Assembly (NCBI GenBank): GCA_964629715.1
Contig: CAZVQY010000001.1
Location: 1 to 58,705, forward strand
Direction: 5' to 3'
DNA length: 58,705 bases
Source of the DNA: an uncultured Candidatus Saccharibacteria bacterium
GTDB lineage: Bacteria > Patescibacteriota > Dojkabacteria > SC72
Position 1 is the first letter of the stretch, and every line of letters starts with the position of its first letter. The notes under the pieces were generated by a model, which did no database searches, had not been told where the DNA came from, and saw only the letters and a program-made list of their open reading frames with translations. Both the position numbers and the translations under genes were made by a program. Positions 8,225 through 18,262 of the stretch are shown here, piece by piece.

Positions 8225-10828
8225 ATGGAAAGTACTCCAATGATGAAACAATATCTGGGCTTTAAGAAACAGTATCCAGATAAAATTCTGCTATACAGAA
8301 TGGGAGATTTCTTCGAAACCTTCGGAGATGACGCTAAGATTGCTTCTAAAGTCTTAAATATTACCCTTACAAAAAGAGATAAAAAAGAGAACGCCATTGC
8401 ATTAGCAGGATTTCCACATAAAGTTATTGACCAGTATCTTCCTAAGTTTATTGAATCAGGATATTCCGTTGTAATCGTTGACCAGTTGGAAGATCCGAAA
8501 CTAGCAAAAGGGATTGTTAAGAGGGGGGTTACACGAATCGTTACTCCAGGCACAGTAGATGGTGATCAAGCTAGTACAGTAAAAAATTCATATTTAGCAG
8601 CATTCTTTTTCGAGAGAAATCTCACATATTGTGCATTGGTTGATATATCAACAGGCAGATTCCTTACTCTTTCGCCTACCCAATCTAAGGAATATGTACG
8701 CAATATCCTTTCTGCATATGAGCCCGTTGAAATTCTTCTTCTTGAAGGCGAGAGATGTGATGATATAAGGGATATTCCAGTTCAATTTATTGATAAGGGT
8801 TTGAGGAATCTGAAGTACTCTCAGGAAAAAGTTAGGAGTTTTTACAATATTAAAAGTGTAAATGCATTAGGTGTTGAGGAAGAATCATTTGAATTAGTAC
8901 CAGTTGCTATGTTGATTGAATATATTGAAGATACACAATTAATGAGTCCTCAACATATCTTAAAACCTCAGAAGCTCTCATTAAGCAATACAATGGTTCT
9001 GGATAGAGCTACAATAAGAAATCTTGAATTAATTAATAACTCATACTCAGGAGGTATTGAAAACTCACTTTTCTCGGTATTGAACCAAACATGTACAAGG
9101 ATGGGAACAAGACTACTTCATTCTTGGATACTAAACCCACTGATTCTTAAGAAGGAGCTTGATATTAGGCTAGATATAGTTGAGAAATTTGTTGAAAAGG
9201 AAACGATACTTAGGGATGTTAGGGAGAGATTAGAGGGGATTAATGACATTGAGAGAATAGTTGGAAAGATTGGTCTTAACAGAGTTACACCAAGAGATAT
9301 TAAGGCACTCCAGGTATCGTTAACTAACTCCCAAGAAATTCTCGTCATACTAAAGAAAGACTTAAAGATTGATTACAAAGAGATAGATTTAGATTTCTTG
9401 ATAAAATTATCTGAAAAGATTGAAAGGACGATATCAGATGATCCCCCTCTCACTATTACAGATGGGGCAATTATCAAAGCAGGTTTTAGCACGGAGGTTG
9501 ATGAGCTAAGGTTGCTCTCGGGAGATAGTAAAGAATGGCTAAAGGAGTTCGAGGAAAAGGAGAGGAAGGCAACAGGGATATCCTCCTTGAAAGTTGGATT
9601 TAATAATATCTTCGGCTACTATATCGATGTCACAAAGGCTCATCAGGAAAAAGTCCCTGATAGATACATTCGAAAGCAAACACTGGTTAATTCCGAGAGG
9701 TATATAACTGAAGAACTGAAACAGAAAGAAGAGGTAATCCTCAATGCTCATGAGAAATTAAGTTTATTGGAGTACAAAATTTTTAATGATTTTAGGGAAT
9801 CACTTCTTCCGAACCTTCAGAAATTGCAAGAACTTTCTCGAGTAATAGGAATAATTGATGTTCTCTCTAATTTCGCCCATGTCGCAATTGAAAATTCATA
9901 TTGTAAACCAGAAATATATGAGATTGGAGAGAATGAGGGGCTAATTGAAATTGAAAAAGGGAGACATCCAATTATCGAGCAAATTAGTGAAGATGACTTT
10001 ATTTCCAATGATACAAGGATGTCATTCAAGGAAGGCTCTATGTCAATCCTTACTGGTCCAAATATGGCAGGCAAATCAACATATATACGACAGGTTGCAA
10101 TGATTGTATTGATGGCGCAGGTAGGTTCTTTTGTTCCCGCTCAGAGTGTGAGAATTTCACTTGTAGATAGGATATTCACAAGAGTGGGTGCTTCCGATGA
10201 TTTAGCAATGGGAAGAAGTACCTTTATGGTTGAAATGGATGAAGCGGCTAATATTATTAATAATGCTACAAAATACAGTTTAATCGTCCTAGATGAGGTA
10301 GGAAGAGGGACAAGTACTTATGATGGTGTAAGCATCGCGTGGTCATTGGCAGAGTATATTCTTAATGAGGTGAAAGCTAGAACACTCTTTGCTACCCACT
10401 ATCACGAACTTCTAAAATTATCAGAGAAATACCCCGAAAGTGTGAAGAATTTCAATGTACTTGTTGAAGAAGACTTGGAGAAAGGCATTGTCATTTTCCT
10501 TCGTAAGATAGTAGAAGGAGGTACCGATAGGAGTTATGGAATCTATGTTGCAAAAATGGCAGGGTTACCAGAGAAGGTCGTAAAGAGAGCGAATGAGATA
10601 TTGGAAGGCTTTGAACAAAAGAATATGTTTACGGATAAATCTAGTTTAAGGGAGGTAGCCTTTGCTACCAAGAAGGGAAAAGAAATTGCAAGAGTTACAT
10701 CTATGCAGTACCCTCTCTTTTCGGCTAAAGAGTCTCAAGTCGAAAAAGAGATACAGGGCATTGATACAGACAATCTAACTCCACTTGAAGCACTAAAGAA
10801 GATTGTTGAGTGGAAAAAGAAAATCTAG
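8225..10828 (+). CDS. mutS: DNA mismatch repair protein MutS
   Basis: The N-terminus reads MMKQYLGFKKQYPDKILLYRMGDFFETFGDDA. Walker A is TGPNMAGKST, followed by LDEVGRGTSTYDG and ATHYHEL. The ATG at 8225 is preferred over the upstream GTG at 8207. Confidence 0.93.
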   Translation: MESTPMMKQYLGFKKQYPDKILLYRMGDFFETFGDDAKIASKVLNITLTKRDKKENAIALAGFPHKVIDQYLPKFIESGYSVVIVDQLEDPKLAKGIVKRGVTRIVTPGTVDGDQASTVKNSYLAAFFFERNLTYCALVDISTGRFLTLSPTQSKEYVRNILSAYEPVEILLLEGERCDDIRDIPVQFIDKGLRNLKYSQEKVRSFYNIKSVNALGVEEESFELVPVAMLIEYIEDTQLMSPQHILKPQKLSLSNTMVLDRATIRNLELINNSYSGGIENSLFSVLNQTCTRMGTRLLHSWILNPLILKKELDIRLDIVEKFVEKETILRDVRERLEGINDIERIVGKIGLNRVTPRDIKALQVSLTNSQEILVILKKDLKIDYKEIDLDFLIKLSEKIERTISDDPPLTITDGAIIKAGFSTEVDELRLLSGDSKEWLKEFEEKERKATGISSLKVGFNNIFGYYIDVTKAHQEKVPDRYIRKQTLVNSERYITEELKQKEEVILNAHEKLSLLEYKIFNDFRESLLPNLQKLQELSRVIGIIDVLSNFAHVAIENSYCKPEIYEIGENEGLIEIEKGRHPIIEQISEDDFISNDTRMSFKEGSMSILTGPNMAGKSTYIRQVAMIVLMAQVGSFVPAQSVRISLVDRIFTRVGASDDLAMGRSTFMVEMDEAANIINNATKYSLIVLDEVGRGTSTYDGVSIAWSLAEYILNEVKARTLFATHYHELLKLSEKYPESVKNFNVLVEEDLEKGIVIFLRKIVEGGTDRSYGIYVAKMAGLPEKVVKRANEILEGFEQKNMFTDKSSLREVAFATKKGKEIARVTSMQYPLFSAKESQVEKEIQGIDTDNLTPLEALKKIVEWKKKI

Positions 10829-11415
10829 ACAGAGATATAGTAACCCTTGCGGTATCTATTACCAATAATTTTTATGCCTGTTCCTCTTTTAGTCTTTTTA
10901 TTAATTCGACTTATTGTACTTATTGTTGAGGGATTATCTACCTTACAATAAGGACATTCCTTCCTAAGAATATTCTCCAGTATTTCTAGCTCAGTACTTG
11001 TAAGTATAACTCTACAATCATTGTAAATTATTGAGGTAGTATCCTTACATACGGTAATACCTTTGTACGAGTATTTGGAAGTATCTGAATTCGTGTATCC
11101 CAAGTACCTTTTTAATAAACAAAATAGCCAGTATTTGAACTCGGGCAAGGTAATAATATGATTTACACCTTGTGCAGAAAGGGACTCAATTTCTTGTTGG
11201 GAAACCTTATAGATAATGCAAATCATTTTAGATTGAAATTTTCTATCTTGTGGAATCTCCCTGTTATCCCTTCTGTCCATGATAATAACATCCGCCCTCT
11301 TAACATCTTGATAATTCACAGATATTTCTGTGGAGTTAAAGGTTCTTCTTATCTGATTAATCAGCTCTCTATCACGGCTTATGATGAGAAGTTTTTTTGA
11401 CTCAGTTAGTACCAT
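10825..11415 (-). CDS. orphan OmpR/PhoB-like winged-helix regulator with a degenerate receiver domain
   Basis: The C-terminus (LTSTELEILENIL...IIGNRYRKGYYISV) resembles an OmpR-type DNA-binding domain. The N-terminal receiver-like fold keeps a candidate acceptor Asp (VIIMD) but lacks the acidic pair (IISRDRE) and the conserved Lys (ITLPEF instead of KP). The start is taken at ATG 11415 to avoid overlapping hisS. Confidence 0.6.
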   Translation of the reverse strand: MVLTESKKLLIISRDRELINQIRRTFNSTEISVNYQDVKRADVIIMDRRDNREIPQDRKFQSKMICIIYKVSQQEIESLSAQGVNHIITLPEFKYWLFCLLKRYLGYTNSDTSKYSYKGITVCKDTTSIIYNDCRVILTSTELEILENILRKECPYCKVDNPSTISTISRINKKTKRGTGIKIIGNRYRKGYYISV

Positions 11416-11449
11416 AAATAAATGATACCTATGGATTGTTACAAAAAGG

Positions 11450-12745
11450 TTACTTTTTTGAAATTGTTTTAACCAGTATCTGAGCAGATACACTCTCCTG
11501 AGTTTTCTCTACCATATTTTTTAATCTGATTTTATCATTTGCTATCTCCTCTTCCCCTATTATTCCAACCCACTTATACTTTTTCTTATCTGCATATTTT
11601 AGAGATACTTTCAATTTCTGGATCTGGGGATAGATATTAGTTGCCAAGCCATTTTCTCTTAGTGTATTCCCAAGTTTCATCGTATAATTTATGCAATTAT
11701 TAGTCATTGGAATCAGCAGAATTGTATTATCTGAAGAAATATTTTTAACCATCTCCCTCTCTTTCATAATCTCAGTAAGTCTTTCCAGACCGAAAGAAGT
11801 ACCTGTAGCAGGAACTTCCCTACCGAGATATTTAGAAACCGCTTTGTCGTATCTTCCACCACCACTCACAGATCCAACATCTCCGTCAATTATCTCATAT
11901 TCCCAAACTGGTCCAGTATAAGATGCAAGTCCCCTTGTGAGTGTTGCATCAAACTTTACAAATTTCGCATTCTCTTTGTTGCTAGAGATGATTTCAATAA
12001 TATTCTTAACATCCTCTACTCCACTTCTACCAGATTCAGAATTTTTAAGCATTACACTTAACTCCTCAATGTCAAGGTTAAGTAATGATAGAAATTTTTT
12101 CACTTTTACTTCCCCAATGCCTTTAGAAATCAATTCCTTGGCTACTTTACTCTCCCCGATTTTTTTTATTTTATCTACCGCAATATATACATCTTCAAAG
12201 TATTTTTCCTCGATAGATACTACCTCTATTAGACCTTTGATAATTTCTCTACTATTTAGAAGTACAATATATTTCTTAAACCCGAGCTTTTTGAGGAAAT
12301 CAAGCCCAAATTGAATAATCTCTGCATCTGCAATTGGTGAATTACTACCAATTATATCTATATCCATTTGAGTAAACTCTCTTAATCTTCCTCTCTGGAC
12401 ATTTTCAGCCCGCCATACATTTTGAACCTGGTATCGCTTGAACGGAAAGGATATGTTGTAGTAATTTTGTGCAACCGCTCTGCACATTGGTATCATAAGT
12501 TCATATTTAAGCATTACATCCCTTCCACCATTGTCTTTAAATCTATAATATAGTTTCTCCGCTTCACTACCACTCTGCCCTAATATTAGTTCGGAGTATT
12601 CTAATGCAGGGGTCTCTAATGGTTCAAAACCATATAATATGGAAGTCTCTCTAAATGTTCTCTTAACAAAATCACGAATTTCCATATCATCTGCGAAGTA
12701 GTCGTAGAAGCCTTTTAATGTTTTTGTTTCTATTTTCTTTTCCAT
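11450..12745 (-). CDS. hisS: histidine--tRNA ligase
   Basis: Class II HisRS motifs are present: YGFEPLETPALEYSELI, MLKYELMIPMCR, WRAENVQRGRLREFTQMDIDIIG and SGGGRYD. Confidence 0.92.
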   Translation of the reverse strand: MEKKIETKTLKGFYDYFADDMEIRDFVKRTFRETSILYGFEPLETPALEYSELILGQSGSEAEKLYYRFKDNGGRDVMLKYELMIPMCRAVAQNYYNISFPFKRYQVQNVWRAENVQRGRLREFTQMDIDIIGSNSPIADAEIIQFGLDFLKKLGFKKYIVLLNSREIIKGLIEVVSIEEKYFEDVYIAVDKIKKIGESKVAKELISKGIGEVKVKKFLSLLNLDIEELSVMLKNSESGRSGVEDVKNIIEIISSNKENAKFVKFDATLTRGLASYTGPVWEYEIIDGDVGSVSGGGRYDKAVSKYLGREVPATGTSFGLERLTEIMKEREMVKNISSDNTILLIPMTNNCINYTMKLGNTLRENGLATNIYPQIQKLKVSLKYADKKKYKWVGIIGEEEIANDKIRLKNMVEKTQESVSAQILVKTISKK

Positions 12746-12804
12746 AATGTTTAATTATATCATGTATTGAAATTACACTACAAAATGAGTTAAGATATAC
12801 GGAG

Positions 12805-15792
12805 ATGAAATATAGTGTAGGCTTTTCGAATAAAAAAAGAATACCAAATAGAAACACTTCTAAGGGAAGTCTTCTAGGAAGATCATATAACCCAGGGAAA
12901 TTTGGTTTTGAGAAGTATAAGAATGTAAAGAAGTATGCTTCCAGAAATTTGGCAGCTACAACGACTAAGCGAGGTTCAAAGAAAAGGCCTAATGATAGGA
13001 AGAAGCTAAAAAGGATTGCAGTTGTAGGTTTAGGAATTTGTTTTTTCATAGGATGTGTAGTATTGGTTGGGTTTGGAGTGTATTTAAAGAAGTTGGGAAA
13101 TTCTCTTCCTTCCCCAAATGAGTTGATTTCTAGGAGTTCTGATCAAAGTACTCAGATATTGGATAGGAAAGGGAATGTTCTCTATACCGTATATGGTGAC
13201 CAAAATAGAGAATTCGTATCTATAGATAAGATCCCAGAGCACACGAGAAAGGCTCTCCTAGCAGCTGAAGATGCAGAATTCTATCAGCATAAGGGTGTAG
13301 ATTTAGTAGGCATTGCAAGGGCATTGTATCTGAACTTAAGAGGTCGATCAGTGGTAAGTGGAGCTAGTACATTGACCCAGCAGTTGGTTAAGAAAACTCT
13401 CCTGTACGATATCTTAGGAGAAGAGGCAAACAAGAAGACTATATCTAGGAAAGTTAAAGAAGTTCTAATTACAATGCAGGTTGAGCAGACCTTCAGCAAA
13501 GATGAAATTTTACAGATGTATATGAATGAAATCCCTCTAGGGGGAGTGAACTATGGATTCCAGGCGGCTTCGCATGCATATTTTGGAAAAGATGTTAGTG
13601 AACTTACACTTGCAGAGAGTGCTCTTTTGGCAGGGATTATCCAGAGCCCTGGTTGGTACTCTCCTCTTTTTGGTGGAGATCCAGAGATGGCAAAAGTAAG
13701 GCAGAACTATGTTTTCGATCAGTTAGAGGAGAAGAAGAAGTTATTCGGTATTTCTGAGGAAGAAATTGAGAAAGCTAGACAGGAGGAGTTAGTCTACAAT
13801 CCGACAAGGATTGATATCAAGGCTCCTCATTTCGTATTCTATGTTAAGGCTCAGTTAGAGGAGGAATTTGGAATTGATGCTGTTGAAAAAGGTGGTCTTA
13901 AGGTTACAACTTCTATTGACCCTACCCTTCAAGCAATTGCAGAGGAAGAAATTAAAAAGGGTGTAGAAAATGCTGCTAAAAGATACAACGCAAACAATGG
14001 TGCAATGATTGTTATTAATCCTAAGAATGGACAGATTCTATCTATGGTTGGTTCTGTAGATTATTGGAAAACTGATGATCCTAGGATTGATGGAAATGTT
14101 AATATTACAACAAGTTACAGGCAGATGGGGTCTTCGGTGAAGCCCTTTGTATATTTAAATGCTTTCTCAAGTAGGGGGACAGGACCTTGGACAGTGAGTC
14201 CTGACATTAATAGTATTGCTTTTGGCAGTTACAAACCCACAAACTGGGATAATAGGTACGATGGATTGATTACTGCTAGAAAGGCAATAGTGGAATCTAG
14301 GAATATTCCTGCTGTATATACGTTACAAATGGGAGGTATTGATAATTATCTTCAGCTTATGCAGAAACTTGGTGTCTCTGGAATGGAAAGCAAGGCTGGT
14401 TATGGATTAAGTTTGGCTCTTGGCTCTGCAGAGATGAGAATGACTGAGTTTACCAATGCATTTGCCACTCTAGCAAATGGAGGTATAAAGCATGACTTAG
14501 TATCTATCCTTAAGGTTGAGAACTCTAAGGGAGAGGTGCTTAAGGAGTTTAAAGATGATGCGGGGCAGAGAGTTATTGATGAGAAAGAGGCCTATCTTGT
14601 CAACTGGATGATTTGTGATTTACAGAATTTTAATGACAAGCCTGATAATAGGTATTATACGGTTAAAGGGAAAAAAGTATGTGGTAAGACAGGAACTACA
14701 AATGGTCCTAAGGATCTTCTCACGTTCCTCTATAATCAAAGTATTGTTGTTGGTGTGTGGAATGGTAATAATAACAATATTGAGATGCCAAGAGCCTGGG
14801 CGACAACAGTTTCTCTTCCTTTGGCGCACTCCTTCTTGCAAAGGGTAATCGATTCGTATGGTGATTTCAAATTTAATAGGCCTGCAGGTATTATGACAAC
14901 AAGTGTTTGCAAAGATACTGGTGCAATTCCTGCAGATGGAGTCGATTGCAATAAAGAGGCCTCGATTTATATTTCTGGGAGATCCCCTCAAATTGATAAT
15001 AGGAAAGCAATAGATATATGTACTGTTGATGGGAAAATTCCTACTAACTTGGATGTTGCAAAACAGTATGGATTAACTTCTACCAAGATTCTTCTAAGCA
15101 CTAAACTAGAAAATGCTCAACAACAAGAGGCATATAGGAAATATCTAAATGCTTCAAAAGCATATATTTTTGATATGCCAGAGAGTGGAATCTGCTTACC
15201 TCCTTTAGGTCCTGATGGTGCTCCATTAGTTGATATAACATCCCCAACTGCAGGAGCTACGTTTTCTGTTGGACAGAATGTAGAAATCAAAGGTACAGTC
15301 TTTGCTCAGGGGGCACTTAGTACCTTCACAGTCACCGTTGGTGGAAAGCTAGTCGCTGGAGTAGATGTTTCGTCTGTGAGAGCTGATGGTAGCTATATTG
15401 TGAATTATGTTGTTCCAAATGATATGAATGGGAACAAAGAGATTGTTGTAAGTGCCAAGGATAGCGGTAACAGAGTTTCTAGTAGAAGTGTCAATGTGAT
15501 ATTAGGGAATCTTGCTCCAACAACTTATATAAAATTTGTGGATTACGGAAATGGAGATGAAATCGCGAGAGGGGCGGAAGTAATTATTGAGATTGGGGGT
15601 ACTCAAATCTCAGAAGTGAGAATAGAATTCGATGGCTATACTGGTCTATTAGCACTTCCGAAACCATTGGGTTCTAATAGGTGGAGCCTAAAGGTTCCAA
15701 ATAGTATGCCCCTTGGGGCAACAGTGATCAGGGCGTATGCTACTGTAGATGGGAAGAAACTTGAAAATTCAATAAACGTGAAGATTAAATAA
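12805..15792 (+). CDS. bifunctional class A penicillin-binding protein (PBP1A-type) with a C-terminal Ig-like extension
   Basis: GT51 motifs are EDAEFYQHKGVD and GASTLTQQLVK. Transpeptidase motifs are SSVKP (SxxK) and GKTGTT. It has a basic cytoplasmic tail plus a TM segment. The last ~250 aa look like two beta-rich Ig-like modules. Confidence 0.9.
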   Translation: MKYSVGFSNKKRIPNRNTSKGSLLGRSYNPGKFGFEKYKNVKKYASRNLAATTTKRGSKKRPNDRKKLKRIAVVGLGICFFIGCVVLVGFGVYLKKLGNSLPSPNELISRSSDQSTQILDRKGNVLYTVYGDQNREFVSIDKIPEHTRKALLAAEDAEFYQHKGVDLVGIARALYLNLRGRSVVSGASTLTQQLVKKTLLYDILGEEANKKTISRKVKEVLITMQVEQTFSKDEILQMYMNEIPLGGVNYGFQAASHAYFGKDVSELTLAESALLAGIIQSPGWYSPLFGGDPEMAKVRQNYVFDQLEEKKKLFGISEEEIEKARQEELVYNPTRIDIKAPHFVFYVKAQLEEEFGIDAVEKGGLKVTTSIDPTLQAIAEEEIKKGVENAAKRYNANNGAMIVINPKNGQILSMVGSVDYWKTDDPRIDGNVNITTSYRQMGSSVKPFVYLNAFSSRGTGPWTVSPDINSIAFGSYKPTNWDNRYDGLITARKAIVESRNIPAVYTLQMGGIDNYLQLMQKLGVSGMESKAGYGLSLALGSAEMRMTEFTNAFATLANGGIKHDLVSILKVENSKGEVLKEFKDDAGQRVIDEKEAYLVNWMICDLQNFNDKPDNRYYTVKGKKVCGKTGTTNGPKDLLTFLYNQSIVVGVWNGNNNNIEMPRAWATTVSLPLAHSFLQRVIDSYGDFKFNRPAGIMTTSVCKDTGAIPADGVDCNKEASIYISGRSPQIDNRKAIDICTVDGKIPTNLDVAKQYGLTSTKILLSTKLENAQQQEAYRKYLNASKAYIFDMPESGICLPPLGPDGAPLVDITSPTAGATFSVGQNVEIKGTVFAQGALSTFTVTVGGKLVAGVDVSSVRADGSYIVNYVVPNDMNGNKEIVVSAKDSGNRVSSRSVNVILGNLAPTTYIKFVDYGNGDEIARGAEVIIEIGGTQISEVRIEFDGYTGLLALPKPLGSNRWSLKVPNSMPLGATVIRAYATVDGKKLENSINVKIK

Positions 15793-18262
15793 TCTTTGCC
15801 TTAAAAAGTTCCTTAAATTCCTTTGATACTCTATCTAAAATTTCCTTTATGTCCTTTTCATTTGCTGTTCTGTCATATCTGCTGGCTATCACTCTAAGTG
15901 TTGTTCTCTTTATACCTTTTGTTTTTGGGTCCTTATATATATCAAGGCACTCTACTCTAGCCCAATTATCCTTATTATTAACAATTCTTTTTAATTCATC
16001 AATCATCCTATTACAATTGATGTTATCAGCACTCTCAAAACTAAAGTCTATAGAAAATGTCGGATATATAGGTACTTCAGAATATCGTTCCTTATCAATT
16101 CCAATTTCCAAAACTCTTGAAAGGTTAATATCCAATACACAGCTGTAATCAAAAAGTTTGTAATCTCTCTTTATGTTCTCTTTAAGTTCTCCTACTACAC
16201 CTATTGGGGTATCTTCTAAGTAACAGATTGCAGATACATTAGCATCAAACATAGGTAAAATTACTTTAATATCATCTGGTAAATTTTGTTCTAAAGAATT
16301 GGAAATAAGTTGGTAATCATAATTATTTTTGCCCAAGATCTTTTCAAAATAACTCTTTCCCCAATAATAAGGCGAGCCGTTCTCCTTCGCATTATCCTTA
16401 ATTAATACAGATGAAAGGTGCCAATCCTCTTTTGGGAGTGAGTCTTCCCCAAGATATCCTTTTATATGGGGAATATTTATCTCGAAAAGGCCAAATTCAG
16501 AATATCCTCTTTCAATGTTATCTTTACACTTAGGGAGTATGCTTTGAAGTAGAGATACCCTCATTAGTGAAAGTTCGGGCGAGAGAGCATTCTTGATAAC
16601 GAATGCTGAGTTAGGATTAAGATTACATTTCTTGAAGTTAGAGTCACTAGTAAAGCTATATGAGAGAATTTCATTCGCCCCTAAACTACTCAGAATATCT
16701 CTTACATCCTTTTTTAATCCAAAAATTCTATTCTTTTCTAGTGACCTTATCTCTTTCTTTGGTAGCTCTATCCTGATGTTGTTGTATCCATATATTCTCA
16801 CAATATCTTCATAAATATCCTCCTCTATGTTTACATCTCTCCTCCAAGATGGAACTATAACTGTAATATAATTTCCTTCCTTTGATTTTATCTCATACTC
16901 TAGTGCTTCCAAAAACTTCTGAATCGCGCTCTTATCAAGGTTAGTGCCAATTCTTTTATTAAGCTTTTCAGAATTGATTGTTATGATTCTCTCCTCATAT
17001 GGTTCGATATTAATATCAATGATTTCAGATGCAACTACACCACCTGCAATCTCTTTAATTAGTGCTACAGCTTTAAGTAATGAAGGAATACATAATTCTG
17101 TATCTAAGGAATGTTTGAACTTTGTTGCTGCATCTGTTGAAAGGCCAAGCTCCATTGATGTTTTCCTGATACTATTCTTGTCAAAATTTGCTGACTCAAG
17201 GATGATTCTTTCGGTATTCTCATCAACACTTGTATCTTTACCTCCAATTATTCCAGCTATTGCTATTGGATTTCTACTATCTGCTATTACCATAATCCTA
17301 TCGTTCAATTCATGTATTTTGTTATCCAAACCTAGAACTTTTTCATTTTCCTTTGCCATTCGGATATTAATTACTACCTTATTGTTTGGTGCAGGATCAT
17401 AATGTATGACCTTGTCGTAATCAAATGCGTGTAATGGCTGCCCAAGAAGTGTTGATACATAGTTTGTAATATCAACGATGCTGTTTGTGGGTTTTATATC
17501 AAGTCTAATGAGAGCAGATTTTAACCAAATGGGAGATTCTCCATTTGTAATGGAGTCCATCGCTACTGCAGTGTATCTATGGCAGAGTGCTTCTGCATCA
17601 TTTATAACTTCTAGATGTAAGCAATTTCTTTCTGCACTTAGAGATTTTCTTTGATTCTTATACCATTCAGGGCTTTTAAATTTCCCTCCTGTGATGGCTG
17701 TGAGCTCTCTCGCCATTCCAACTAAACCGAAGAGATCTCCCCTATTCGTGAGAGCCTTGTTCTCAACATTAATTGCGTAGTCAATTAGGGAGTAGTATTC
17801 TGCAAATGGGGTCCCTGGAGTTGCATCGGCTGGAAGTCGCATAACTTTCTCATGATTTGGTCCGATGTTGAGCTCATTCTCAGAACCAAGCATTCCATTT
17901 GATTCTATGCCTCTTAACTGGGCATTCTTTATTACAATTGGTTCCTTTTCGTAAAGTGAGATGGGTACGGTACTACCAGGTTTGATGTATACAACTTTAT
18001 CTCCTATTTCTAATGTTTTATCCCCTGCAACAACCTGTATCCTTTCTCCTTTACCTGTGAAAATAATGTAGATACAAAGTTTATTTGCATTTGGATGTTC
18101 TTTCTTCTCAACAATCTCTGCTACGACTATTCCTTCATAATCCTTTCCAATGTCATGTGAATATTCAACGTTGCCAATATGAGTGTTAATGATATCAACT
18201 ATATCCTTATTCTCTGTGTCAATCTCTCCAACCAATTTTAATAGCTCAGTCGTATACCTCAT
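15785..18262 (-). CDS. pheT: phenylalanine--tRNA ligase beta subunit
   Basis: The N-terminal tRNA-binding domain contains HPNANKL. At 825 aa it has the size and layout typical of bacterial PheT. It overlaps the pheS stop in a TAATG junction. Confidence 0.92.
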   Translation of the reverse strand: MRYTTELLKLVGEIDTENKDIVDIINTHIGNVEYSHDIGKDYEGIVVAEIVEKKEHPNANKLCIYIIFTGKGERIQVVAGDKTLEIGDKVVYIKPGSTVPISLYEKEPIVIKNAQLRGIESNGMLGSENELNIGPNHEKVMRLPADATPGTPFAEYYSLIDYAINVENKALTNRGDLFGLVGMARELTAITGGKFKSPEWYKNQRKSLSAERNCLHLEVINDAEALCHRYTAVAMDSITNGESPIWLKSALIRLDIKPTNSIVDITNYVSTLLGQPLHAFDYDKVIHYDPAPNNKVVINIRMAKENEKVLGLDNKIHELNDRIMVIADSRNPIAIAGIIGGKDTSVDENTERIILESANFDKNSIRKTSMELGLSTDAATKFKHSLDTELCIPSLLKAVALIKEIAGGVVASEIIDINIEPYEERIITINSEKLNKRIGTNLDKSAIQKFLEALEYEIKSKEGNYITVIVPSWRRDVNIEEDIYEDIVRIYGYNNIRIELPKKEIRSLEKNRIFGLKKDVRDILSSLGANEILSYSFTSDSNFKKCNLNPNSAFVIKNALSPELSLMRVSLLQSILPKCKDNIERGYSEFGLFEINIPHIKGYLGEDSLPKEDWHLSSVLIKDNAKENGSPYYWGKSYFEKILGKNNYDYQLISNSLEQNLPDDIKVILPMFDANVSAICYLEDTPIGVVGELKENIKRDYKLFDYSCVLDINLSRVLEIGIDKERYSEVPIYPTFSIDFSFESADNINCNRMIDELKRIVNNKDNWARVECLDIYKDPKTKGIKRTTLRVIASRYDRTANEKDIKEILDRVSKEFKELFKAKII

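Noticed and set aside
11416-11493. An upstream extension of the orphan regulator ORF overlapping the hisS 3' end.
   Set aside because: The internal ATG at 11415 gives a typical receiver N-terminus (MVLTESKKLLIIS) and removes the 44-nt overlap.
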